From Lingula anatina (lineage: Eukaryota > Animalia > Brachiopoda): 64,000 bases of DNA. Below, one piece after another: positions 14,016 through 26,928 of this stretch. The stretch spans positions 2,147,721 through 2,211,720 of the forward strand of contig CM120648.1 of NCBI GenBank assembly GCA_051362555.1. The letters are read 5' to 3'. The translations under genes and the position numbers were made by a program. Numbering within the stretch: the stretch's first letter is position 1; each line of letters starts with the position of its first letter. A model generated the notes under the pieces. The model ran no database searches and was not told the origin of the DNA. It saw nothing but the letters and a program-made list of their open reading frames with translations.

Positions 14016-14838
14016 TATGATTTGATTGGTGGATTGGTTTGGCTTTGGTGACATGGTGATCAGCAACTTTGGTTTACATACTCTCTTTGATCATGGTTGT
14101 GTGGAAAAAAGAAACTAAAAAACAGGCTGCCATCTTAGAACTTGTAGATTATCACTGCTATGATTATACTGCTATATTTGACTGTTTTCTTTATTTTTAC
14201 CAGTCCCAATCTTATCATGATTCTGCTTTTTAACAGTACATAAGGTAGCCATCCCTTGGTTTTATTAGCTGTCTTTTAAAGATCCATGCTCAGATTGCAG
14301 AATTTTATCTATTGGAGATATGTTCCTGTCTTTTATGTTGGTGAGAAAATTCCATCAATTTGGAAGTTTAGATATAGCATGCAGATATTCTATTATGTTC
14401 TAGTTCTGTCCAAGAGTGTTGATTTTTGCACTGTTTACAGTTGTATTTTCTAATCATATTGTAAGGTTTTTTAGACTAAAGTTTACTTTATTATACACAT
14501 TTTTTTCATGGCGCTAAAAATACAGAAAAGCATTGAAGGCCTAGCAATAATAGTGCCCTGTAAAAAGTATACTAGTTTTTATGAAACGTGTAGTTCACAT
14601 GAAAGATAAAAATGATTTTCTTTTATATAGATAAGTGACTTTACAGATGTTTGTGACCATAGAACATCTGACTCAGAACTTGAATTTATTTAAAAGATAT
14701 TTCTAATTGAAAGACTGCATTTTAGTTCTAGGCATGATAGCTAGATCTAAGAGATGTAGGAATAAAATGATTTTTTAATTTTTTTTTTAAATTTCCATTT
14801 AGAAAAAAAGGACCAACACTAATACTTATACTGTTATA

Positions 14839-14969
14839 CAGGATCATACCATTATGTTTGGTGGGAGGGGGGTTTGAACTGCCCCTTTTGAACAGAAATG
14901 TCCACTCTGACTAAGGAATTTTGTAAAAAGAACCCCATATGAAATATAAAATTGCTGACTGCAAGCCTG
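14839..14969. repeat. Dispersed repeat, family 4, inverted, with a TTATA direct repeat outside the CAGG/CCTG termini
   Basis: Reverse complement starts caggcttgcagtcagcaatt; both flanks read ttata. Confidence 0.55.
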
Positions 14970-16836
14970 TTATACATTTAATTTCTGAATGCCAAGTGTT
15001 TTTTTAGACTATTAATCCACATCACCTGGACAAGTCATCAATAATTGACAGTAACTGTCTGCGACTGAGTTACGTACACACACATTTGATATATGAACAC
15101 TCGTAGCTGATGTCCCCTAATGGCATTGGGAAAACCATCACCTCAGTGTGTAACATGGCAACAAAAATAACCTCATCATTTCAAGCATTGTCAGGTTCAC
15201 CAAAGTGACAAGAGAATGCATTACTGGGAGCTTGTGATGGATTAATCCGTCTCTTTTCACGATAAACTAGATCCAATATTTAGTCGTTGTTGTCGAATAT
15301 AAAGGGATCTCCTTGTCTGCAATACAGGTGTGTATTGAAGCAAGGTTTCTGCTGTGTTTGAACTGATTGTAGGTTTTCTGTGCAAGAAGCACACTCAAAC
15401 TGAACATGGCGAGTTTAGCCCAGTATTATGGTGAAAAAAGGATACCTTTCTGTAATGCAAAACATAGAGTTTGGCACTGTTAAAAATTTAGAGTTTTTTT
15501 TTTTTTTTTTTTTTGAAAGTAAAGACACAATCAGGGTAGGCCCATAGGCCAGGGAAGTTTTGGGGGGAGGTCGAGGAATTAGAAAGCAATTCGCCTCTTT
15601 GCAAAAAATTGTCCAGTTTTGAAACAAAATGTGATTAGGTTTTACGCCACTTCTCAAATCGGGTCAATTAATGAGGAAAACGGGGCCTCTTTTTATGAAA
15701 AATACCCCCCTTCTCCTTTGAAATTTCTTTTATGCTACATTGCTGGACAGTCTGGTTCTTCCAGCAGGGTGCCATGCAGGGGCAGATCCAGAGCTATTTT
15801 CTGACAGTCTTCCAAATTATTTTTATTGATCCATCCTCCATTTTTGACCATCTTCCAACAGAAAAAAGACCCAGAAGATGGCCTAAATTTGCCCCTGCCA
15901 GGTGTGTAAATACAGGTGCATTTTGGCCCAACAATGACAGAAGCAAACTTTCCCATTGTGATAGCTATGCATTCCTACTCAGCAACACTCTGGCACATTC
16001 AGCCCCAGAGGGATCATCATTAATTGACAGGTATAGATGATTGTTTTCAAGAGAATTGCGGGCACTGTGTTGTTGTTATAATGCACTTCCAGCTCAATCG
16101 ACAGGTGGATTGTTCTCCATACAATAAGAGTAATTGCATCAAATATGAAAGAAATGGGAAGTAACTGGCATGCAATATGTGCATTTGCTTCTGTTTCAGC
16201 CAAGCATGTCCTTGTTTGTCTGTCATATGGGCTGAACACATTGTGCCACCCAAAGTTTCAGAGGTCTGTTGTGTTTGTTTGGTAATTAGGAAACCACTTT
16301 GCTAGTAAATAGACCAGTAACACAGAGTTTAAGAGATTAACAGAAACTTGCATCTATTAAATAGAAACAACATAGACATGTAGTTGGTATAGAGAATAGT
16401 TTCTTTCCAGTGCACCATTTTTAGTATTGACTTTTGGTTATAATGCTAATTTTTTTTTAGCATTCATTTGTATTACTTTTGTTATTTAGCAATTTAGATG
16501 TTAACCATGTTTTGTTTGTATATTTATTTTTATTGGAATTTTTTAAATGATATTTTTGCCTGAATTGCCAAATTTATATATAGTACCTCGAATATGTAAG
16601 ATGGATCAAAATTTTAGAGAAGATTGTGTAGGTTAGCAAAGATGGGCCAGACGTGTTAAATGAGTATCTACATGAAAAGGTGAATTATTTATTGGAACAA
16701 CTCAAAAATAATTCATTTTCTTGGTGTATACTTGAACATTAAACCTACTCTCATTAGTCAATGTGCCAGTACTTTATATATTGCACCACAGCACTGCTTA
16801 TCTATAACGCCCTCTTGCAGACGCAATATTTTAGTC

Positions 16837-16842
16837 AATAAA
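16837..16842 (+). terminator. Candidate polyadenylation signal for a peptidase-only transcript
   Basis: AATAAA followed ~30 nt later by a GT/T-rich tract (tcagtgtttctgtattt); lies downstream of the in-frame stop at 14013-14015. Confidence 0.35.
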
Positions 16843-17125
16843 GCCTTAGGCTTATCTCAAGGAAATCTCAGAGTCAGTGTTTCTGTATTTAGAGAGCTAT
16901 AACAATTAAAATAATCCCAGTTACAATCCCTGTATTGATCCCATCCTGCATGCTAGTACAACACAGCTATGGAGCCTTCATTCTTGTGTGTGTTTAATGA
17001 TAATGAAATTGGAGCAAATACTTGCAAGTAGCAATTACCAGTAAACGAAAGAAGCACCTTGTCTTGTTGAGTCTTGGTGGACTTAGTTTGAGGCCAAGCT
17101 GAAGTTCGACTGAAGCCTTTGGAAG

Positions 17126-17186
17126 ATGCTCAATTCAAATATTCGACACGATTTTGGAAGTGTCTACTTGGCTGCCTCTGGTCCAG
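17126..17186 (+). CDS. Candidate alternative first coding exon for a TTL-only isoform (MLNSNIRHDFGSVYLAASGP)
   Basis: ATG at 17126, open for 20 codons plus 1 nt to a CAG|GTAGGC donor. Phase 1 matches the 18794 acceptor. It lies ~290 bp after the AATAAA at 16837. Confidence 0.4.
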
Positions 17187-18793
17187 GTAGGCTCCATTTT
17201 CTTAAGAAATTAATAGGAAATATTAATTTTATTTTATTTTATTCATGATGACTTTTTGGTCTTTAGATCACTATTTCTGACAATTTCTTTGAACTGCTAT
17301 TTGATAATCTTGCCTTGTATCATATGGCCATGGCATGCTTAATATATTTAAAAATTATTGGTATTGACCCCAGATTTCGTGTGTTAAGAAAAGTTAAGTA
17401 TTTAAAGTGAAAAGTTGAACATAACATTTTTAAAAGTCAAAAAAAAAAAAAAAAAATCACCTACCTGCCCTTTGTAACAGAGTTCTCTTAACTGAACACT
17501 GTCTCTGGGAACACTTGGGCGAGGGTTCTTTTCACGGTGGGCAGTATGCTTTACTAGACTAGCCCACTTTCAGAGGTTGACAACTTCCTAGCCCGACTAT
17601 TACATTAGAGATTCACCTAAACTGAGCTCACACTTCATATAACTGCCATTTATAAATGTAGCTAATTAGTAGGAATTGTACTAATGGAAGGAAGTAAAAA
17701 AAAAAAAAAAAACTGTTGCATAATCGGTACCTCTAAAAGAACCAGTTTAGTTGAGTTTATACCACTCAAGATGAAAAGGTTTGTACATTGTAGCTGTTAT
17801 TAAGCATTTGAGTACTTAAAATGTTCTATTGATTCTTTAGCCTTGCATCTTTAAAATTTTAGCTTTGGAAAGATATGACTTTCCTACACTTATTGACAGT
17901 AATGAGTTGATGAAAAAATGGCATAGGTTGAAAAAGTGGTGATTCAGAATTGCTGTGTATATGTTAGGCAAAGGTGACTTGGATACTGTGTTGTATTGTT
18001 ATATTAAGGAAATCAAGAATAATTTTTGCCAAATTGCTGGAGTGGCAATAAAACGTGACACTTTGAAATTTTAAGCATTGGCATATAAGGATGAATAAGT
18101 TTTCACGAGATATTCAAAGATGAAAACTATAGTGTTCAGATTCATGTTTATTTTTTATCAGTTGGGTCCTTAGGATACTACCCCCCCTCCCCATGTACAA
18201 CTGCAATGTGTGAAGATTTTTCTGAGTTTTTTAATTAATTAATTTATTTATTTATCTTTCTAATTTATGTGGCACAAAATGTACGTATCACTCAATGACA
18301 ATTAAAAAATAAAAATAATGACAGGATAAGGAAGATTAATTTAAGTAATGATGATCTTATATTTTTGTACAACTTATCATAGACAGTGACAGGGTTTAGT
18401 TAAGTGCTCTGTTCCAAGATGGCAGCACTGGTGTGGGTGGGGCAGATATGTGTTTTGTTGTAGTCATTAATCATTTATAGGAATTGCTCACATTTCCTCA
18501 CAAAAGAAATATAATTTTGCATCTTTTCTCAAAAGTATCTTACTTTCAAATTATATATTGAATGACTTCCAGTCATTGTATTTAACAAAAAAAAATTACA
18601 TTCTTTTAAGATTGCACAAGGTGTGATTTTTTCAAGTATTCCAAGATGTAGAGGCATAGCAATTCATTTTAAATAAAAAAATATAAATATTAGCTAAATT
18701 AATCTCTTTATTATCTTAGACGCTGCTTGAATTATAAGTGCAAATTTAATCCTCCTTCAATTTATAATGCTGTGATGTTGTATAATTACCCAG

Positions 18794-21026
18794 GTGGTGG
18801 CTCCTCCCCAAATAAGAGCCCCAAGAAAACCGGCAAGAAGACACCAGAGGGTGCTGGGGACAACGGCGGAGGAAAAGGTGGCGGGAATAGCGGTGGTGGA
18901 GGTGGAATGCGGGCACCTAGAACGGTTCTTGCCTCCAACATGCAGCCGACATTCTACATTGGTGGAGGGAATGGGGTCGCCTTGTAAGTTTTCTTTTAGG
19001 AGGGTTAGGCACCAAATAGTTCAGGTTCCTTAGGGTGATTTTCAAGTATATAATTCACCTATAGAAGTGTAAAGAAGAAGGTGACATAAAGGTGCTTTCT
19101 AACAATAACTGTTATTATTTGTTTTAAATTATATGTATTTGATTTTGGTAAGTAGATTTTAATTACAAATATTAACTTTATTTTGTTCCAATTATTTCAG
19201 AGTTGAGGAACCTCTACTGGCTCTGGGTTGGAAGAGGACCACAGATAAAAATAACGACTTCTTCAAACTCAAGTGGACCGAAGCAAAAACTGCCATCAAC
19301 TTTAATGCATTTAGAGAAGGTTTGGGCCTAATTAACTTTTTTATAAATTGAGAATTATTAAGTAAATATTTCTATCACATTCAAAGAACAAACATTGTAC
19401 CAAAAAACTAGACGTATGTTGTATTTTACCATTTTTATTTTTATGACTGATTTTGTGGAGATAAGTCATAATTGTTGAAACATCTTAAAGTTTATAATGA
19501 CCCAGTTGCACCAGATAACCCATTTTTATTGACAAGTAATGATTGATTTTCTGGAAATAAGTTATATTGTTGAAACATCAACAATATATTATGCCTTAAT
19601 GGTACCAGACAACCCTAGGCAATTAAAAAATATATTGACTAATTCCTGAATTTTTCAATTAGGAGAGCAACTTGTAAACCACATTCCCAATGGGCAGCTT
19701 CTGACCAATAAGATGGGTCTTCTCAACTCACTGAAAGAATATGAGCGCGTCTCTGCCGGGGTCAGAGCTCGTGGGCCTAGGATGATGATGTCAGACTTTT
19801 TCTGTGAGACGTACAAACTGGACGAACGGACAGACAGAGAGGCATTTTTTAATAACTACAAACGTAAGTTTTTATATTGGCACTCACGGTGAAAGGAGTA
19901 TATCTATGTTGCTGGTCTTTGTTTTTTTCATATTTATTTTTAAGCATATTTCTTGCACCTGATGTCACTGACACATTTGAAAGATATGGATGTTACATGT
20001 CACCTTTGTGTTTGTATCTATTCTTTGTTGAATTAAAACTGTTACAAAATTTCTATTACCAAAGTGAAGCAGTTTCTATAGTTTACTCAAAGATTTTGTT
20101 GTTTTCATTCAACTTTATTTATTTCAACTTCTTTATACTTCCATAACTTGTAGCGGGAGAGGTGTGGATCTGTAAACCCACAGGTATGAACCAAGGCAAG
20201 GGTATCTATCTAGTCAGAGACATTGAGAAATTTAAAGCCAGTTTGGAAGAAAGAGATGAAAGGCTAAGGAGGCGGCGGGTGAGACCCACTAACATGGGAA
20301 GGATAATACAGAGGTACGTTATACAGAGGACTGGAGTATCATATATTGTGAAAAAAAAAATTCACGTAATCATTGTGTTATTGTACTGCATAACAGTACA
20401 GAATGATAATACAGAGGAACATGGTATCTATTATTGTTAAAATAAACCTGCTCATTTAGTGATCAAAGTTACATGTGCTTTGTAGAAAAGTTTGTATATC
20501 TAACAGCTTGAAGTTCTTTTAGCTCTTTACTTTGAAAAGATACATTTCACGTAATATCTGATTTCATTTTTACATAGATATATTGAAAACCCACTGCTGC
20601 TTGAGGATAAAAAGTTTGATGTGCGGACATACATGCTGATTGCAAGCACCACACCTTACCTTGTGCTCTACCACAAAGGATACGTGCGCTTGTCTTGTCA
20701 GAAGTATGATCACCATAGCAACGATCTGACAGCACATTTGACCAATCAGGTGAGGGAAGCAGAATAAACCTTTGTTTGTTTGTTTGTTTGTTTGTTTCAC
20801 TCACACTTGTCTTTTATTAAGAACTGTTTTCAACCATTGTTTAATTTAGTGCAGTTTCTCTTTAAAAGAGCTGAGTATAAATATTATGAAAATCCATATA
20901 TTACATGTTTATTTGCAAGAACCAAAGAAAGCATTATGCAAGTATGGAATTATTGCAACAAGCAACATTTAGGCAAAATAATTTCAGGTATCTTTAAATT
21001 AAACATTAAGTATTATAACTGTATTA

Positions 21027-21073
<47 letters not shown>

Positions 21074-22453
21074 TGTAGTACATTCAGAAGAAGGACCCCA
21101 GCTACCAGGATGTGAAGGAGGATACAGCCTGGTCCATGGATAAGTTCAATGACTACATCAACGAAAATGTTGCTCCTCACAAAGATCTGGAACAGAACTG
21201 GGTTTATACAACTTTCACGGTGAGTTGGTAAAGGCATAAAATGCATTTCTACCATAAAATCATACTACAGGGAATTTTACTCCTTTTCACAAGCTCTGCA
21301 CAAGTTTGCTTCCTGTCGGAGTACATTTATAATAACCGGTGTCAAAATGACCGTATCATTTCCTTTGATTTTTATTCATTTATTTACTTATTTGTTTCTT
21401 TTTCTTTTTCCAGAAACAAATGCAGCGTATCATCACGCACATATTCAATGCAGTTAAGCCAAAGCTGCAGACCAGGCTTGGCTACTTTGACCTGTACGGC
21501 TTGGACTTCATGATAGACACAGACATGAAGGTCTACCTAATTGAGGTCAATGTTAATCCCGCACTTCACATTAACTGCGAGGCTCTCAAGGAGGTCATCC
21601 CCAGTGTGGTAGAGGAGACACTGTGTAAGCAATACACAAGTACACTGATACTAAGCACAAATAGTATATTTCCATAGTAACTGTTGTCCTTCTATCTGTT
21701 GTGTTACTTGTTTTGTAAAATGGAATTAAACTCTAATAAAAAATTTAGGGAAACATGAGTCAAAGATGCAAAGGATGTTAAAAAATCTTTTACCTTCATG
21801 TTGGCCATTGCCAGAAAGTCCATATTAACTTAGAGGAATAATGTCATTAATCTGTGTTCTTCAACGAAAAAAATTATCAGTGAGCAACTGTTTGATACTC
21901 TTTTCTTCCTTTTCTAGATGTTGCCATAGAGTGCTTTGAGAAGAAAAAGAAAGGGAATTCAATATGGCCCTTGCAGTCACTGAAAAACTTCACTGTTCTC
22001 TATGATGGGGAGTCTGGAAAATATCTCCATCGTATGACAGTCAATAATGGTCAAATACGCACCCAGTCACCAACAAAGGAGGTTCGTACTCAACAAGATG
22101 ATACCGCCACAGTGCCACCTACACTTAAAGAACCTCCTAAGCAACAGACTCCATCTACAGTCCAGAGCCCTGCCAAGACAAGCCCAACAGTGACCACCAC
22201 CACTACAGCAGCATCACAACTGCCTCCAGTACAAAAGCCCACCACTCCACGGCCACGAACATCTAGTCGTAGCATTCCAGCCACGGAACCAACTCTTTCA
22301 TCACCACGGTTACAGTCCACAGAGATCTCGATCCCAGTTACAAATCTGACACTTCCTAACGAGGCAGTGAAGCTACGCCTAACTACAGCCAACCACAACT
22401 CTCAGTCCCATAATGCCAAGCGACCTAAAAGTGGAGGCGACAGAGGAAACTGA
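18794..22453 (+). CDS. TTLL10: Tubulin tyrosine ligase-like 10 (polyglycylase) TTL domain with a Thr/Pro/Ser-rich C-terminal tail
   Basis: Exons 18794-18983, 19201-19319, 19663-19863, 20154-20313, 20578-20749, 21079-21219, 21414-21624 and 21918-22453 (TGA), all GT-AG and phase-consistent. Motifs [72 protein letters not shown] and [13 protein letters not shown]...[22 protein letters not shown] match vertebrate TTLL10 as I recall it. Confidence 0.95.
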
Positions 22454-23187
22454 TGCTTTGTTGTTCTTAGGCAAAATCAAATGTTGTATCCTACGAAATT
22501 CACATAATCATACCACTTTGTGAGATGGACTAGTTAATGCCTTGGCTGTTACATGAGAGAGTCAACTAAATGGAGCTCCTGTGCTTGGCAAGGTTAATTA
22601 ATTAATTAATTACTAACTTATTAATTAACTTACCTAAACAAATATGCAGCAAACTAGTGGTGAACTTATGAAAGGGAGTAAAACTTGTGTAGTATAATTC
22701 CATGTTAAGAGCTCTCAAAGTGAACCAGCTCAGCCAAGATGTGAAAATGGCCTTGCAAATCATGCCACAGTTCAGTAAGGACAAGGGCAGAGAATTACTA
22801 GTCTGTACAGCAGCACATTACAATAAAGAAAAAAGGTCTACTCCTTAGTGTACACAATTAATATAATTGCAGTGATTGAAATACATAGAGAGATCTGAGT
22901 TGCAGCAATTTTGACAGCAGAGTTTATCACAGTTGGCTTTGATAGGTAATCTTGCTGTGGCATTATGCATAAGATTAGAGTTTTTTTTTTTAGTTTGTGT
23001 TCATAAAGTCATTACCAACATGTGGTTGGCTTAGCAATAAAACATATCATCAGGTAAATGTCAATTAAGTTTACAGATCTGTACCGGTGGAGTGTTTGGT
23101 ATTGTCAGTCAGTATATATTTGCTCAAGATGCAAAAGTGGCCAAATCAACTTTTATTTGAATTGTGGGTAAATGTACATTGATAGAA

Positions 23188-23382
23188 CCAGGCTCCAGTT
23201 TCACAAAAAAAAAAAAAAACTTAAGTCAGTTGCCTGGCTTAGTTGACTAGGATTTCCATGAGAGTGCTGTTACACTGCTCCTGATAGGGTAAGATGTGCC
23301 CATCTGACTATGTTACCTTGTAACCTTGGTAATTAAGCTCTTAGACAGGGAACCTGACTTTTTTTGTGAAACTGATACCAGG
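23188..23382. mobile_element. MITE-like element in the presumed TTLL10 3' UTR
   Basis: TIRs cagtttcacaaaaaa...aagtcag / ctgactttttttgtgaaactg. Confidence 0.7.
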
Positions 23383-24513
23383 TCTTGGTCTGTTAAGGAA
23401 CAGTTGAGGTGTATTGTTTATGTTGATCATGTCTTTAAGGAATCTTTGCTGATAGGCTGGGGGAGTGATAGAACTTGTGATTAAGTGAAAGAATCCCAGA
23501 AATCCATTTCAGTACTATTGTTAATTGGGCTTTTCTGGAGTCTTATCCGGAGAGTTAGGTATTTATTAACCTAAGTTACAGTTCAGATGCACTGCAGTGT
23601 CTTTGTTTTCATGTCTACATCCTTGTCAAATGCAGTTTTGCAGACATGGAAGTTTGAAAATATTATTTTGTTACAAATAATTTTTTTATTATACTTACTT
23701 AAATAAATGTCGTTGTGACATCTACAGTCTGCACTAACATCACAAGGTGACATTCATTTAAACAATCTCATCCTTATTTTGTTAAAACAATTAACATTAC
23801 CAAACTAATAAACTCAATTCAGTATACATTATTTTCATTATGTTTAATTTAAATGTGAGGACATAATATACATGGATAATCCCAGTGATAATAATCAGGT
23901 GTGATATAATCCTTTTCAATACCACCATAGTGTGACTGGTATTGAGAAATACATTGTGCATTTCTTTGTTTTCCAATCAAAATTGTTTTCTTGGTTTTGT
24001 TTGTTGTTAGTTTTACCTGAGGAAGGAAATATGCACTTTACAAGTGCTAATAGTCTAAGAGCTATTAATTAAGGTATTTCAACTGTTACAGTTATACTAA
24101 TTGTTTTGTTGTAAGGCTATGATGTTTAGTTTTGTTGACAATTTTAGGTATTATATTAGCATTTTATTCAGTCATGAAACTTATGTTTGCTGTATTAGTG
24201 TTGTTTAAAGATTTTAAGTGAAATTTCCCTGCTAGTTTTTATATATTTTGTTAGTTTTATTTATTTATTTACCAGTATTAAGAAATGGTAATACATAGTA
24301 TCAGTATATCCCAGTGTCATATTATAAGCAGTATTATTTGGATTATTACATCTTGGGTGCTTATTTGTAGTGATCTGTTTTTGTATTGTATTGTGTGGAT
24401 AAAATTTAGGCAAGGATTATTTTCATCATTTGCCAAAGTTAAGTTACTATTAACTAAAAGTAAAACAAAATTCTTTGCCACCAAAATGCTGTCACTGTTA
24501 TTATCTGACTGCT

Positions 24514-24519
24514 AATAAA
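24514..24519 (+). terminator. Candidate TTLL10 polyadenylation signal
   Basis: AATAAA at the end of a ~2 kb T-rich stretch after the stop codon. Other AATAAA copies occur in that stretch, so the site is not unique. Confidence 0.35.
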
Positions 24520-25945
24520 AGAAGTTTTATGAAAACAGACAAGATGGTTTGCATGTTATTACTGTAATTTTAGTAGATTGGACTGTAGATTATGATGTTT
24601 AAATAAACAAATTAATTCATAAATATTAGAAAACCAAAATGCAGAGGTGGAAAGTGACACATACTTGTAAAAATGCCATTGAGCAGTGTGAGGGTACCCT
24701 CTACCAGGGCCACAGATAGATCCTTTCACTATATATTCAAAGATAATGTCTCTGGCAAATTCATGATACGATTCTCTGCTGTGGAGAAAAGTGCACATGA
24801 TTAATCTGTGGTCCCGGTAGAATGTGGTGTGACAGCACTCGTGACTTCAGAGGTCACTGACAACAGAAGTTTGATGTACCATGAGGTGTATCAAGTGACC
24901 CCTGATACTCCGGGAGGGGGGCAGTGAGAGAGAACTCAATGCACGTGAAATCTGACTGTAACTGAAATTTTCTTATGGAAATTCAACCCAGAAACTATTT
25001 TCAGAAAGTTACTGTTATGGTGTCTGAATGTTCCCCTGGCAACTCTCGGACCACATGACAATGACATCACTGAAACAATGAGAACTCATTTGGCAGAAAA
25101 ACATGTTTTTTATTTCTTTCAAGAAAATTGGTTCATTTTACATTCCATTAAAAGTATAAGACTCCTTTCACATAGAGCATAAGAAAAATAAATGTGTTTA
25201 TAAGGGTGACAACCCTAGATTTGTAAGTTATTACAATAAAATAAACATGGCACGTACTCATGATATGCAGCATGGCTGAGCCTATGAGATTGCTTCAATT
25301 GTATGTAGTTTGTGTATAAATAGATACATTTACTATCAAAATACACAAAAAATAACATGTGAACAAACAGCATTGGGTCACATGATCCAAAATTTCTTTC
25401 ATACCTTTCATAGAGACAGTCATGCACCATTTATGAGTGCGAGAGAAAATTAATTTACAGAATGAACCAAAATATGTTTTTTAGAGATATATTTTGATCT
25501 TCTGGAGCCAAATATCTTTCAGATATTCAAAATGTGTATATTAATATTCCATCTGACATGTAAGTTTTCATTTTGTCTTCCAAAAGTAAAAAATCTCTTT
25601 CTTTATAGTGTTAATTTTTCAAAAAACTTGTAAAGCTCTTGGATAAGATACAAAGTTATAATACATGATTATCATAACTCTTCCTGAATTTCTTATAAGG
25701 TCCTTTCAATTGTCCTAAAAGATGTTCTATAGGAAATTGTTCCCGAATCTTAATTATAAGAACCTACAGGACATTCAGTAGGGTGCTATGGGATATTTGT
25801 TACAGGAATCCAATAGGACGGTAGGGTGCTATGGGATATTTGGGGTCCCTGTAGTGTCCAATAGAGTCCTGTTGGGTTCGTATAGTGTTTTGTGGGATTC
25901 ATGGAAATCTCAGAGAATTTCATAGGATTCTGATAGAGTCTCATG

Positions 25946-26308
25946 CAGTCCTGTAGGATTCCTACAGAGTCCTGTCAAATTATTAGAGAGTTCTAGATGA
26001 CAGTCCCATGGAGTCCTGTAGGATTTCTATAGAGTCCTGTCAAATTACTAGAGAGTCCTAGATGACAGTCTTATGGAGTCCTGTAGGATTCCTATAGAGT
26101 CCTGTAAAATTACTAGAGAGTCCTAGATGATAGTACCATGCAGTCCTGTAGGATTCCTATAGAGTCCTGTAAAATTACTAGAGAGTCCTAGATGACAGTC
26201 CCATGGATCGAGTCCTGTAGGATTCCTATAGAGTCCTGTAAAATTACTAGAGAGTTCTAGATGACAGTACCACGGAGTCCTGTAGGATTCCTATAGAGTC
26301 CTGTAGGA
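25946..26308. repeat. 65-bp minisatellite, ~5.5 copies, built from three 21-23-bp subunits
   Basis: Unit gagtcctgtaggattcctatagagtcctgtaaaattactagagagtcctagatgacagtcccatg starts at 25946, 26011, 26076, 26141, 26210 and 26275; degenerate related sequence extends back to ~25700. Confidence 0.95.
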
Positions 26309-26928
26309 CTTTTATCTGAAGGGCTTGCTAACACTGTGACAGACCCATGTACATGTGCATTCTGGTCTCTTTGATATAAAACATACATAAAATATTGGGT
26401 CTAGTTCAAATCTGAATATAAAACAGACAACAAACATCAAATCCCAAACCATAAATAAATTGTAAACACTTTGTGAACACATACAGGTGAAGTGTGGCAG
26501 CTTCAGGCAAGACAAATTAATATCCTAGTTTTACATATTGACTGTTATTCACAAACTTTCGCAAAATCTTTGGACACTCAACAGTTTACAGCCTGTTTTG
26601 AAATTACTAAATTGTTTTTCAGCTGAAGCAAGTCGTATACTGGTCAATCCACAGATTATTACAGATATTTCAGAAAAGCTGCTGTTCTACCAATAGCTCA
26701 AATGAGCACATTAATTCTGATGGATTTCTTGGTATGACAGCATTACCTCCTCACAAAACAATGTCTATTTCTGGATTATCTATACTGATAATGAAAGAAG
26801 CATAACATATCAAAACCCCTCAAACCTGTTATATGTACAAACACAGTTGACTTTCATAAGATAAAGCTGCAACCCCGTATTTAATAAATGCTACCGTAAC
26901 ACAAAAATTGACCAATTTTCTCCAGCAG

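Noticed and set aside
15150-15162. X-box-like GTAACATGGCAAC (also GTTCCCCTGGCAAC at 25030) as TTLL10 regulatory sites
   Set aside because: Imperfect single matches not located at a defined promoter, so they could be chance.
25946-26308. CRISPR-like array
   Set aside because: Units are contiguous tandem copies with no unique spacers; eukaryotic context and no cas genes.
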